Shown one piece after another: positions 45,256 through 54,823 of a stretch of 64,000 nt of DNA. The translations under genes and the position numbers were made by a program. The DNA lies in NCBI GenBank assembly GCA_016928025.1, contig JAFGLN010000063.1, positions 716-64,715 of the forward strand, given 5' to 3'. This DNA is from Deltaproteobacteria bacterium. Its GTDB lineage: Bacteria > Desulfobacterota > Syntrophia > Syntrophales > JAFGHS01. The notes beneath the pieces were generated by a model. The model saw only the letters and a list, made by a program, of their open reading frames with translations. It made no database searches and was not told the DNA's origin. The stretch's first letter is position 1, and each line of letters starts with the position of its first letter.

Positions 45256-45834
45256 ATGAAAAAATTTCAGATGGTTTTAGTGATATTGGGTGTTTTATTG
45301 GCTTTCGGAACATTTACGATGGCTATTGCTGATGTGGATACCCAGGCAGCGCCAACGGGTTATTTTGTGCCAACGGATGCCCAGAAGTGGGATGATGGCT
45401 ACTGGCGTTGGTATGATGAAGACTGGGGATGGACGCATAATGCACTTACTGTAAACACATCGGCTACGTTAATGATCGCTTCATTTGATATCGACTACTC
45501 TTCCGGGGAAGTTGATAACATTTACGTCAAAGATGAAGGCTCTTGGGTGTATATAGGATGCTTAACAGGCTCGAGCAGTAGTTGGTCATACAACACATTC
45601 ACGTTGGGGGCCCAGTTCTTTAATGAAATCGTTGCGGGCCTTGAGGTTTGGATGGACATAGACTCCACCCATACGTCAGATCACTGGGCCGTAACATTGT
45701 CAAAGTCAGTCCTTCAGACAGATGGCACCGGGACTATTCCTGATCCCGATCCGGGTCAGGTCCCCGAGCCGGCGACGATGCTTCTACTTGGTTTCGGCCT
45801 GGCCGGCTTGGCAACGCTGAGAAAAAAGTTCTAA
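45256..45834 (+). CDS. PEP-CTERM sorting-domain protein (paralogue B)
   Basis: 192 aa. Signal peptide MKKFQMVLVILGVLLAFGTFTMA. C-terminus VPEPATMLLLGFGLAGLATLRKKF. It shares PTGYFVP, RWY.EDWGW.HNA, WSY.TFTLG and TIPDPDP blocks with paralogue A. Confidence 0.9.
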   Translation: MKKFQMVLVILGVLLAFGTFTMAIADVDTQAAPTGYFVPTDAQKWDDGYWRWYDEDWGWTHNALTVNTSATLMIASFDIDYSSGEVDNIYVKDEGSWVYIGCLTGSSSSWSYNTFTLGAQFFNEIVAGLEVWMDIDSTHTSDHWAVTLSKSVLQTDGTGTIPDPDPGQVPEPATMLLLGFGLAGLATLRKKF

Positions 45835-45866
45835 CGACGGATTAACAACCCAAGCATAGAGATTCA

Positions 45867-45905
45867 AAAAGCCCGCCTGCCTGAACGGTAAGCGGGCTTT
45901 TTTTG
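45867..45905. terminator. bidirectional rho-independent terminator (copy of 44045..44083)
   Basis: aaaagcccgc-ctgcctgaacggta-agcgggcttttttt. Confidence 0.85.
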
Positions 45906-45937
45906 CTTTGTATAGCAAATTTTGAATTTGCTGTGTC

Positions 45938-46018
45938 CTAAATGACCTTTCCCAGAATGCTTTTCTTACGGTCGTGTTTCGGGTTGGTGAAGATTTCTTC
46001 GGGCGTGCCTTCTTCAAT
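45938..46018 (-). pseudogene. 26-codon 3' remnant of an ABC ATP-binding gene
   Basis: The minus strand reads IEEGTPEEIFTNPKHDRKKSILGKVI*, the canonical C-terminus of a polar-amino-acid ABC ATPase. Nothing upstream of it is ABC-like. Confidence 0.7.
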
Positions 46019-46066
46019 AGAAAATGGCTATTGATCCTCTTTTCAATTATTGATATGGTGCGTTTC

Positions 46067-47503
46067 ATGTCAAGCGAGCCCAAAATCACCCTGGACAATG
46101 TCTTTCATCCGAAAAGCGTGGCGATTATCGGGGTCTCCCCCGAAAAACCCGGTTTTGCCTCTCAGATCATGGGCTCTCTGATGAAGGCGAACTTTCCGGT
46201 TATCTATCCGGTCAATCCGAATTATCAGGAAGCCTTCGGTTTTCCCTGTTATCCGTCCGTTTCATCCATTCCCGGTCCGGTAGACCACGTGGTCGTTGCC
46301 GTTCCGGCGGCGAAGACGCTCGAACTTCTGGATGATTGCGCCCGCAAGGGCGTTGTGTCCGTCCATTTCTTTTCCGCGGGCTTTCGTGAAACCGGCGAAG
46401 CACAAGGGGAGGTTATGGAAGAGGTCATGCTGCAAAAGGCGAGAGCTGGCGGATTTCGCATCATCGGACCCAACTGCACGGGGCTTTTCGTTCCCGGTGC
46501 CCGCTTTATCCCGACCAACCGACTGCCGGCGACTCCCGGCCCCGTTTCGTTCATTTCCCAAAGCGGCGGTCATGCCATGGATATGCCTTTTCATGCCGGC
46601 CCCCGGGGCATGACCTTCAGCAAGGTCATGAGCTACGGAAACGCACTGGATATCAATGAATGCGAACTCCTGGAATACCTGACGGATGATGACGATTCGG
46701 AAATCATCGCTGTTTACATCGAAGGCGTACGAGACGGCCGCCGTTTTTATCATGTCTTGGAGGAGATATGTCGGAAGAAACCTGTGGTCATTTATAAAGG
46801 TGGAACAACCGATGCCGGCTTTCGGGCCACACAAAGTCACACGGCCAGTATGACCTCATCCGCGGCTGTTTTTGATGCCGCCTGCCGTCAGGTCAACGCG
46901 ATACGGGTGGATGATATCGACGAAATGATCGATGTCCTGGTCGCCCTCCGTTTCGCGCGGCCCTGTCCGGCCGGCCGCAACATGGCCGTTGCCGGTTTGG
47001 GGGGCGGTCCCAGCGTTCTGGCGAGCGATCAGATGGAGCGGATCGGCCTGCATCTTCCACCATTGTCGCCGGAATTAAGAGCCGAGTTGAACAAAATTCT
47101 GCCGACTGCGGGCGCCATCTTCTCCAATCCCCTGGATGCGACCAATATCGTTCAGCCGGATGTGATGTACGGGGCCATGAAAATACTGGGTGGGTCACCG
47201 TCCATCCATATGATGCTCTATCATATGGGATTTCACCCCGTAACCCAATGGGGCAACGGTCGTTTCGCGAATGCCGCTTTTTTGAATCCGGCAGCGGAGG
47301 CCCTCCGGAAGGTGCATGAGGAAACAAACAAACCGGTCCTTCTGGCGCTCGGCCCGCCGTCCGATCCCACAGGTGCTGAAGAGATGTTCAAAGTGCAGGA
47401 AGCCTTTGTGGGTGCCGGGCTCCCCTGCTTTCACTCCCTGGAAAAAGCCGCCCTGGCCATGCTCCGCGTGGAGAATTGGTATAGACGGTTCAATATTTCA
47501 TAA
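46067..47503 (+). CDS. CoA-binding / ADP-forming acetyl-CoA synthetase alpha-like protein
   Basis: ATG at 46067. PKSVAIIGVSPEKPGF...PVNPNY...GFRIIGPNCTGL...ISQSGG matches CoA_binding plus succinyl-CoA-ligase-like domains. No ATP-grasp domain is seen in this ORF. Confidence 0.8.
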   Translation: MSSEPKITLDNVFHPKSVAIIGVSPEKPGFASQIMGSLMKANFPVIYPVNPNYQEAFGFPCYPSVSSIPGPVDHVVVAVPAAKTLELLDDCARKGVVSVHFFSAGFRETGEAQGEVMEEVMLQKARAGGFRIIGPNCTGLFVPGARFIPTNRLPATPGPVSFISQSGGHAMDMPFHAGPRGMTFSKVMSYGNALDINECELLEYLTDDDDSEIIAVYIEGVRDGRRFYHVLEEICRKKPVVIYKGGTTDAGFRATQSHTASMTSSAAVFDAACRQVNAIRVDDIDEMIDVLVALRFARPCPAGRNMAVAGLGGGPSVLASDQMERIGLHLPPLSPELRAELNKILPTAGAIFSNPLDATNIVQPDVMYGAMKILGGSPSIHMMLYHMGFHPVTQWGNGRFANAAFLNPAAEALRKVHEETNKPVLLALGPPSDPTGAEEMFKVQEAFVGAGLPCFHSLEKAALAMLRVENWYRRFNIS

Positions 47504-47698
47504 TACTTAGAATATTTATCTGTCACGTTCACTGCCCCCATCATGTAATCAAAAGATCTTCTGATTAAAATCGGCGTAATTATTTGACTATGCTCAACTA
47601 AAACCATTCTTGAAAAATTTTGGGAACTTTTTTTGCGCCTCCTTTGTCTAAAGATCAAAAGCCGCATTGGCGAGTCTATTTAGTCAAGGAGGTTCATC

Positions 47699-50050
47699 AT
47701 GAAAAGAGTTCGATTTTGGTTCAGATTTGTTTTAGCACTGGTTCTGGGATTTGTATTCTTTGGGTCGCAGGCGTTCGGCAATCCAGAGATCGCGGAAGAT
47801 CGGACATTATCCCCCTATTTTTTTGTCAATACTGAAAATCCGGATGAAGATCAACTGCCCCTGAAATCTACGTCGGCGGATGTCCATATCTCCGGTGTCA
47901 TTGCAGATGTCCTGGTCACGCAAATCTATAAAAACGCGGGGAAAAATCCGCTGGAGGCCATTTATGTTTTTCCCGCCTCCACCCGTGCTGCCGTGTACGG
48001 TATGAAAATGACCATCGGCGAGAGGATGATTGAGGCAAAGATCAAGAAACGCGATGAGGCACGCCGCGATTATGAGCGGGCGAGGGACGAGGGAAAGAAC
48101 GCCTCGCTGCTCGAGCAGCAGCGTCCCAATGTCTTTCAGATGAATGTGGCCAACATCATGCCGGGCGACGAAATCAAGGTGGAGCTCAGATATACGGAAC
48201 TCCTTGTCCCGACGGACCGCGTCTATGAATTTGTCTATCCCACGGTGGTGGGGCCGCGTTATTCCAATCAAAAAGCCTCGGATGCATCTCCTGCTGAAAA
48301 CTGGGTGGAGAATCCCTACCTGCATCAGGGTGAATTGTCCGCAACGACATTCGATATTGCCGTGTCCATCAATGCCGGGATGCCGATTGCCGGTCTGAGT
48401 TGTTCGTCGCATCAGATCAAGGCGGATTATAAGAATCCCTCTCAGGTCAAAGTATCGCTCGATTCGTCTGACTCCAACGGCGGAAACCGGGATTATATCC
48501 TCCGCTACCGCCTGGATGGCGATAAAATTCAGACAGGTCTTTTACTCTCGCAGGGGGAAAAGGAAAATTTCTTTGTTCTCATGATGCAGCCGCCGAAAAG
48601 AATTACCGGCGGTGAGATACCGGGCCGGGAATATATCTTTATCGTCGATGTGTCCGGTTCCATGCACGGTTTTCCCCTCGATATCTCGAAGAAATTGCTG
48701 GCCGATCTCATCGGGAATCTCCGGCCGACGGACAAATTCAATGTCCTCCTTTTTGCCGGCAGCTCGTCATTGATGGCGGAAAAATCCCTGCCGGCCACCG
48801 CCGCCAATATTCAAAGGGCAATTGAGACTATCGAAAGACAGCGGGTAGGCGGCGGCACGGAATTGCTGCCCGCCCTCAAACGGGCCCTTGACCTTAATAA
48901 AGAAGACGGCTTTTCCCGGACGGTAGTGATTGTGACGGACGGTTATGTGTCCGTGGAAGAAGAAGCCTTCGATCTGATCCGCCATCATCTGGGTGAGGCC
49001 AACATGTTCGCCTTCGGCATCGGCTCCAGCGTCAACCGCCACCTGATTGAAGGCATAGCCCATGTGGGTATGGGGGAGCCCTTCATCCTGACCAAGCCGG
49101 AGACGGCGCCGGCACAGGCGAAACGTTTCCGCGACATGATTCAGTCCCCTGTGCTGACACAGGTAAAAGTTCGTTTTAATGGATTTGATGTCTATGATGT
49201 GGAACCGGTAAGCATACCCGATGTCTTGGCCGAGCGGCCGGTCCTGATTTTCGGCAAGTGGCGCGGCAGGCCCCAAGGGACGATTACATTGACCGGCATG
49301 ACGGGTAAAGGGAAATACAAAGAAACCATTGACGTGGAAAATGATCAAGCGGCCGAAGATAATGCGGCCCTGAAATATCTGTGGGCGCGCCATCGGATCA
49401 CGTTATTGTCCGACTATAACCGGCTGCGCAGCGACGCCAAACGTATCGACGAAATTACCCAACTGGGTCTGAATTATAACCTGCTGACCGCCTATACATC
49501 GTTTGTTGCCGTGGATAGCATCGTGCGCAATGTGGACGGCCAATGGACCACCGTCAAACAGCCCCTGCCTTTGCCCCAGGGTGTTTCGGATTACGCTGTC
49601 GGCGGCCGCCCACGGGTAGCTTCCGCCCCGGCCATGCAAAAGGGGTTGTTTATGACCGGTACGAGTAAAAAGATGGAGAGCTGTCTGGACGAGGATAAAG
49701 CGGTTGTCGAGGAATTGAAAGCTCCGAAGTCGAATAACTACGTGCAAAAAATCCGTATTATCAAAGTGAATGCGGAAAAAGGGTTGGGCAAAGACGATGT
49801 CCGCAAGGCCGTTCAGCTCCATTTGAGTGCTATTGAAAAATGTTTTGCCGGATACAACTTTGCGGGAACCGTTCACGTCGAACTCACAATCAACCCGGAC
49901 GGTACGGTAAAGCATATAAACATTGATTCCGACGATATTAGTGATAAGAAATTGCGGCAGTGTATAACGGCTGAGATGAAAAAGTGGCGGTTCCCGGTGC
50001 CGGCAAATTATCTGGCCGTAAAGGTCAATGTGGTACTCAAGATTTTCTAA
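47699..50050 (+). CDS. secreted VIT + von Willebrand factor A domain protein with TonB_C/AgmX-like C-terminal domain
   Basis: 783 aa. Signal peptide; a VIT-like N-terminus (LPLKSTSADVHISGVIADVLVTQIYKN); a VWA MIDAS motif (FIVDVSGSM...TDG); C-terminus VHVELTINPDGTV...KKWRFP. Confidence 0.8.
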   Translation: MKRVRFWFRFVLALVLGFVFFGSQAFGNPEIAEDRTLSPYFFVNTENPDEDQLPLKSTSADVHISGVIADVLVTQIYKNAGKNPLEAIYVFPASTRAAVYGMKMTIGERMIEAKIKKRDEARRDYERARDEGKNASLLEQQRPNVFQMNVANIMPGDEIKVELRYTELLVPTDRVYEFVYPTVVGPRYSNQKASDASPAENWVENPYLHQGELSATTFDIAVSINAGMPIAGLSCSSHQIKADYKNPSQVKVSLDSSDSNGGNRDYILRYRLDGDKIQTGLLLSQGEKENFFVLMMQPPKRITGGEIPGREYIFIVDVSGSMHGFPLDISKKLLADLIGNLRPTDKFNVLLFAGSSSLMAEKSLPATAANIQRAIETIERQRVGGGTELLPALKRALDLNKEDGFSRTVVIVTDGYVSVEEEAFDLIRHHLGEANMFAFGIGSSVNRHLIEGIAHVGMGEPFILTKPETAPAQAKRFRDMIQSPVLTQVKVRFNGFDVYDVEPVSIPDVLAERPVLIFGKWRGRPQGTITLTGMTGKGKYKETIDVENDQAAEDNAALKYLWARHRITLLSDYNRLRSDAKRIDEITQLGLNYNLLTAYTSFVAVDSIVRNVDGQWTTVKQPLPLPQGVSDYAVGGRPRVASAPAMQKGLFMTGTSKKMESCLDEDKAVVEELKAPKSNNYVQKIRIIKVNAEKGLGKDDVRKAVQLHLSAIEKCFAGYNFAGTVHVELTINPDGTVKHINIDSDDISDKKLRQCITAEMKKWRFPVPANYLAVKVNVVLKIF

Positions 50051-50159
50051 AAAATATTACCGGGTAAGTTCCTTTGGCTTTATCAGGGCGAATGGAAGAT
50101 TTTTCCGGGATTACCATGCCATCGAAGCGGATCGGCAGCCGGGGTCGATGTTTGAGGCG

Positions 50160-50200
50160 TTTTTTATGGGGACAGTTTTCAAAACTGTTCCCATAAAAAA
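50160..50200. repeat. 41-nt near-perfect palindrome
   Basis: ttttttatggggacagtttt-c-aaaactgttcccataaaaaa, with one G:T wobble. The A/T runs form part of the stem. Confidence 0.7.
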
Positions 50201-50515
50201 CAGCAGCGAAGCGAGATGCTGCATGGCCGGAAAAAGATTTTGAGCCCCATGAAGTCAAAGGCGCCAACCCCACCTTTTCTGTTTTTTTGATGCATTGAAC
50301 CCCACTCATTGTCCTCTCTTTTCTCCATCATTTTGAATTGACGGTATAAAACAATACACGGTCAATCCAAACCACCAAGAGAACCAGCTTCCGTTATCCA
50401 TAAATTACCTTGACATCAAACAACCGGCCCTCTTATACTCAGCGGCGCAAACGGCAGTTCTGCCGGATCAAAAGCAGCAATTCCAATAAAAAAATCGAGT
50501 CACAAGGAGGATTTA

Positions 50516-52255
50516 ATGGCAACATCTGTTCGTGTCGATTTCAACATTCCCATGAAAATGCGCGACGGGGTCACCTTGCGCGCCGATATCTTCCGTCCGG
50601 ATGACAATGAAAAGCATCCGGCCATCGTCGTCCGCACCCCCTACGGCAAGACTTACAGCCATCACAGCGACTACCTGTCGGCCCACCACGCGGCGGCCAA
50701 CGGTTACGTTTTCGTTGTTCAGGATGTTCGCGGACGTTTTATGTCGGAGGGGGAGTTCATCGTAACGGCTGAAGAAGGTCCGGACGGATACGACACGGTA
50801 GAGAATGTTGCTGCCGAGTCATGGTGCGACGGCAATGTCGGCATGGTGGGCTGCTCCTATCTCGGCCGCAACCAGTGGGTTGCCGCTGTCGAAAACCCGC
50901 CGCACCTGAAGGCCATTTCCCCCTCCGTCATCGGTGCGGGTCCCTTATCGGAAAAGCGCCGATCCGGCGTTAAGGAACTGGAGCAATCCTTGATCTGGTT
51001 TGCCGACATGGCGGTGGACCGGCTGGATAAGCTCGGCAAAGCCGGCCATGACGTGTCCGAAGCCATGGCCATGCTCATGCGGGCCCGCTTCGATATGCGG
51101 GAGATGTTTTACCATCTGCCGTTGAAGGACCTGCCGGTCTTTAAGTTCGCCGACATGGCGGCCAGTTTCTGGGAGCGTCTGGCCCGGCCGATTCCGGAGA
51201 CTATCAAGACGGAAGAAGACCTGTTCTGGCCGTATCACAAGGTGCAGGTTCCCTGCTTCCTGACAGGAGGCTGGTATGACCTCGATGTCGGCGACCTGTT
51301 CACGAACTTTTTCAATATGCAGCAGAAGGGCGGCTCGGCCCTGGCGCGGGAAAACCAGTATGTCCTGTGCGGCCCCTGGATTCACGGGGCGCGGCTGCCC
51401 AACTATGTGGCGGGCATCAATTTCGGCACCTTCTCCTCCGGCGCGGCGGGCATGACGATGGAGCGGCATATCACCTTTTTCAACAAGTATCTCCGGGGCA
51501 TCGAACCGCCCCGTCCCATGGCGCCGGTGCGCTATTTCCTCATGGGTCTGAACCGCTGGCGGAACGCCTCCGCGTGGCCCCTCCCGCAGACGGACTGGCA
51601 GCGCTTTTATCTTCGCAGCAAGGGGAAGGCCCATACCCTCAACGGGGACGGTACCCTGTCCCGCGATCTCCCTGCGGCATCGGAGCCGGCGGACATCTAC
51701 GTATACGATCCCCGCTTCCCCGTCTCCTCTCTGGGCGGCCGCAATCTGGACATGGGGTCTCTGGCGGCGGGTCCTTTGGATCAGCGGCCGGTGGAGCAGC
51801 GCAACGACGTCCTTTGCTACACGACGCCGGCGTTCAAGGAAGACGTCGAGGTGACGGGCCCCGTCGTTCTTCATCTGTTCGCCGCCACGACGGTGCGCGA
51901 TACGGATTTCGTCGCCAAACTGATCGACGTCCATCCCGACGGCGCCGCCTACAATCTTGCCGAGGGATGTATCCGGGCCAGATTCCGCAAGGGTCTGTTT
52001 CATGAGGAATTCATCACACCCGGAGAGGTGTATGAGTATGTCATCGATATGGCGGCGACGAGCAACTGCTTCCGCCGGGGACACTGCCTCCGCATCGACA
52101 TCACGAGCAGCAACTTCCCCCGCATCGACCGCAACATGAACACGGGCAATCCCTTCGGCGAGGACGCGGAAGGCATCCCGGCGATCCAGACGATCTTCCA
52201 TCAGGCGGACTGCGCATCGTACATTGATCTGCCCGTGATTCCGGCGCAAGGGTGA
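50516..52255 (+). CDS. CocE/NonD-family hydrolase (S15 X-Pro dipeptidyl-peptidase fold)
   Basis: 579 aa. RTPYGK, the nucleophile elbow VGCSYLG, and a C-terminal beta-sandwich (PLDQRPVEQRNDVLCYTT). Confidence 0.85.
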   Translation: MATSVRVDFNIPMKMRDGVTLRADIFRPDDNEKHPAIVVRTPYGKTYSHHSDYLSAHHAAANGYVFVVQDVRGRFMSEGEFIVTAEEGPDGYDTVENVAAESWCDGNVGMVGCSYLGRNQWVAAVENPPHLKAISPSVIGAGPLSEKRRSGVKELEQSLIWFADMAVDRLDKLGKAGHDVSEAMAMLMRARFDMREMFYHLPLKDLPVFKFADMAASFWERLARPIPETIKTEEDLFWPYHKVQVPCFLTGGWYDLDVGDLFTNFFNMQQKGGSALARENQYVLCGPWIHGARLPNYVAGINFGTFSSGAAGMTMERHITFFNKYLRGIEPPRPMAPVRYFLMGLNRWRNASAWPLPQTDWQRFYLRSKGKAHTLNGDGTLSRDLPAASEPADIYVYDPRFPVSSLGGRNLDMGSLAAGPLDQRPVEQRNDVLCYTTPAFKEDVEVTGPVVLHLFAATTVRDTDFVAKLIDVHPDGAAYNLAEGCIRARFRKGLFHEEFITPGEVYEYVIDMAATSNCFRRGHCLRIDITSSNFPRIDRNMNTGNPFGEDAEGIPAIQTIFHQADCASYIDLPVIPAQG

Positions 52256-52262
52256 GATTTGT

Positions 52263-53027
52263 TCACATTTGTTTAAAGAGGTGCAGGTAACTTCTACTGA
52301 CAACCAACGATTCCGGCCGGTCTTTGATCGTAATGACCCCTCTGCCGGTCAGAGACCGGCTGACGTTTTCGATCCGGAATACATTCACAATCGTTGCCCG
52401 ATGGATTTGCCAGAATTGCTGCGGATCAAGCTCGCCGGCCAGTTCCTTGATGCTTTTTTTGATGAGGGATTCGCCGGCCGCCGTCATGACCAGGGTATAT
52501 TTATCCTCCGCCTGGAAATAATCGACCTCTTCCACCGGAATCAGACGGACGGATTCCTTGTGCTGCGCCCTGATCCATCGTAAATATGGGGTGCCGGCAG
52601 TATTCTGCAAATTGGCCAGCGCCCGGTTGATGACATCCGCAATGCCGGCCGCCGGTTCCAGCGAGGTTTGGAGTTGTTTTTTTAGACGTTCGATCGTTTG
52701 CGTCAGTCGCTTCTTTGAAACGGGTTTGACCAGATAATCAACAGCTTCCCGCTCAAAGGCCTCAACGGCATAGTCGTCATAAGCCGTCACAAATACGATG
52801 CGGCACTTATCGGCGATTTTTTTGGCCACATCCAGGCCGGAAAACCCCGGCATCCTGATATCCAGAAAAGCGATCTGCGGCCGGGAGGCGTCGATCATTT
52901 CCAGGGCTTCACGACCGTTGGCCGCTTCGCCGCAAATGACGAGTTCCGGCCATGATTCGGCCAGCATGGCTTTGAGGTAGGTCCTCAGTTCTTTTTCGTC
53001 GTCGGCGATAACGGCTTTATAGGTCAT
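52263..53027 (-). CDS. LytR/AlgR-family response regulator (REC + LytTR)
   Basis: 254 aa. REC domain (VIADDE...FLDIRMPGFSG) and a LytTR C-terminus (YFQAEDKYTLV...IHRATIVN). Confidence 0.9.
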   Translation of the reverse strand: MTYKAVIADDEKELRTYLKAMLAESWPELVICGEAANGREALEMIDASRPQIAFLDIRMPGFSGLDVAKKIADKCRIVFVTAYDDYAVEAFEREAVDYLVKPVSKKRLTQTIERLKKQLQTSLEPAAGIADVINRALANLQNTAGTPYLRWIRAQHKESVRLIPVEEVDYFQAEDKYTLVMTAAGESLIKKSIKELAGELDPQQFWQIHRATIVNVFRIENVSRSLTGRGVITIKDRPESLVVSRSYLHLFKQM

Positions 53028-54123
53028 GCAGCGGCACCTCGATGAATACGCGAACGCCGTGAGGTATGTTTTCTTCGATGATTAAACGGCCGTCATCGCC
53101 GTAAAGCATAGCCAGTCGTTCCCTCACATTGGCGATACCGACGCCCGATGGATTGAAATCGGAAAAACCCGGCCCCGTATCGGCCACCTCGATTCTTATG
53201 AATCCGTTTTCTTCGGAGGCGCTAATCCTGATTTCTCCCCCTTCCACGGTGGGTTCCAGTCCATGCTTTACGGCATTTTCCACCAGGGGTTGCAGCAGCA
53301 TCGGCGGGAAAGATTGTTGCCTGAAAGTCTCGGGAACATCAATCTTAAAATGTAACCGCTCGTCCATCCTGATTTTTTGAATGTTGAGATAGGCTTTGAT
53401 CATCTCTATTTCCTGACCTAGGCTGTTTTTTTCCGGAAAGGTCCGGGAAAGAGACGTGCGCAAGTATTTGGTCAAGTCCAGCAGCATGGCCTTGCCTTTG
53501 GCCGGCTGCGTGTCAATGAGGCTCAGGATATTGGAGAGTGTGTTAAACAGGAAATGCGGTTCGATCTGGGCCTGCAGCAATTTAAGCTTTGCTTCCAATG
53601 CTTCTTTTTCCTTGGCGATGCGGATGATCCTTTCTTCCTCGATCATCTCCTGGCCGGCTCTGATTCGCGTCAGAGAATAAAAGAAATACGTGCCTACAGA
53701 ACCTGCGATAAGGCAGATCGTAATAAACTGGGGATAATGATTGGGCCAGATCATGCCGGTGGCGGGGAGAGACCGCAAAATCCATGGACCTGTTTGGATT
53801 CCCAGCAGCACGCCGACACAGAGGGCGAATAAAAATATGAATGCCGAATGTAAGACTTGCCTGGGTTTCAGCATGGCGTGGAGCGAAGTTGCGATCAGGA
53901 AGATGCTTAGTCCGATGATATAGGAGATGACAAAGTTGAACGCGAGGTATGCGGTTGACGTGAACAGAGTGATCAAGAGAGCAATAACGGTGCACAGGAT
54001 GAGGGTGTGAAGGAAATGTAAGAAAAATTCTTTGGCTGATACCCGGCCGAAATCGGTATAATCCTTCCGTGATGCAAAGGGGGATTTTGTTGGATTAATC
54101 CATCTTCTCATCGTTTTCATCAT
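53017..54123 (-). CDS. LytS/YehU-type sensor histidine kinase
   Basis: 368 aa with about 5 TM helices. The His_kinase box is IEPHFLFNTLSNI, followed by HATPase_c (ENAVKHG...DTGPG). It overlaps the RR gene by 11 nt. Confidence 0.85.
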   Translation of the reverse strand: MMKTMRRWINPTKSPFASRKDYTDFGRVSAKEFFLHFLHTLILCTVIALLITLFTSTAYLAFNFVISYIIGLSIFLIATSLHAMLKPRQVLHSAFIFLFALCVGVLLGIQTGPWILRSLPATGMIWPNHYPQFITICLIAGSVGTYFFYSLTRIRAGQEMIEEERIIRIAKEKEALEAKLKLLQAQIEPHFLFNTLSNILSLIDTQPAKGKAMLLDLTKYLRTSLSRTFPEKNSLGQEIEMIKAYLNIQKIRMDERLHFKIDVPETFRQQSFPPMLLQPLVENAVKHGLEPTVEGGEIRISASEENGFIRIEVADTGPGFSDFNPSGVGIANVRERLAMLYGDDGRLIIEENIPHGVRVFIEVPLHDL

Positions 54124-54354
54124 GGCGTTCCGTTTATATTCAGGTATTTTCGAATCCAGCTTGCCGTTGCATCAGGGATGAGTGTATCAATCTTTGGATG
54201 CGATGCAAGCTTATTCTGTATTTCATTTTCCCGCTTCCGACCGTTTGTTGCCTGGAAATGCCGAAGGCAGGGCAAAAGCAAAACACAGAGTTCCCTTTGA
54301 TAAAAATTCCCCCATATGTTTTTTTATCTCCGCTATGGGGCAAGCACATCGGGG

Positions 54355-54810
54355 TTATCTTTTCAGCATGACCCGGACTGCCCAGCCGTTCCTCAAACGG
54401 TATGATTTTTCATGATCGAGCACGGCAGGGTGGCGTTTGGTCAGGGCGGTTTCTCCTGTCGCCGTATTCAAAGTAACCATAAAGTCGTCCCGGCTGTCCC
54501 CGTCGTAGTCGAAGCCCTCCGTGATGACCTGGGGAAGGGCGGCAGCCGGCTCCCATTTTATTTGAATGAAGCCCTCATGTGTCCGGCCGAACAAGGCATC
54601 AAAAACGGGACGGTGCATCGACGTAATGTAACCGCCGTGGTCGATGGTTTTTATGACCCCGCCGCCCGAAAACCGTGGATGGACCGTAACGCCGGTTGCT
54701 GTGGCAATAGCATGGCTGAAGTACGTGTGCCCCAAAAATGTGGCCGGGGCAATAATGATGGCGGCAGCCGCCCATGTATACCCCAGGAATGATTTTAGCT
54801 TCTTCATCAT
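54355..54810 (-). CDS. membrane-anchored hypothetical protein
   Basis: ATG at 54810 after ggaggaagg. N-terminal anchor MMKKLKSFLGYTWAAAAIIIAPATFLG. It is the last gene of the redox membrane operon. Confidence 0.55.
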   Translation of the reverse strand: MMKKLKSFLGYTWAAAAIIIAPATFLGHTYFSHAIATATGVTVHPRFSGGGVIKTIDHGGYITSMHRPVFDALFGRTHEGFIQIKWEPAAALPQVITEGFDYDGDSRDDFMVTLNTATGETALTKRHPAVLDHEKSYRLRNGWAVRVMLKR

Positions 54811-54823
54811 CTTGCCTTCCTCC

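Larger units (their letters stand above)
44477..46020 (+). repeat. tandem duplication unit B
   Basis: See unit A. The unit ends inside a shorter ABC 3' remnant. Confidence 0.85.

Noticed and set aside
50945-52303. 452-aa ORF on the - strand
   Set aside because: It is antisense to the CocE/NonD hydrolase (GxSYxG elbow and family-typical N-terminus). The composition is that of a shadow ORF, and no motif was found.
54165-54209. Inverted repeat ttgcatc...gatgcaa upstream of the LytS-type kinase, as a candidate operator
   Set aside because: It has only 7-bp arms with a 31-nt spacer. Such matches are expected by chance, and there is no second copy or LytTR-like direct-repeat architecture.
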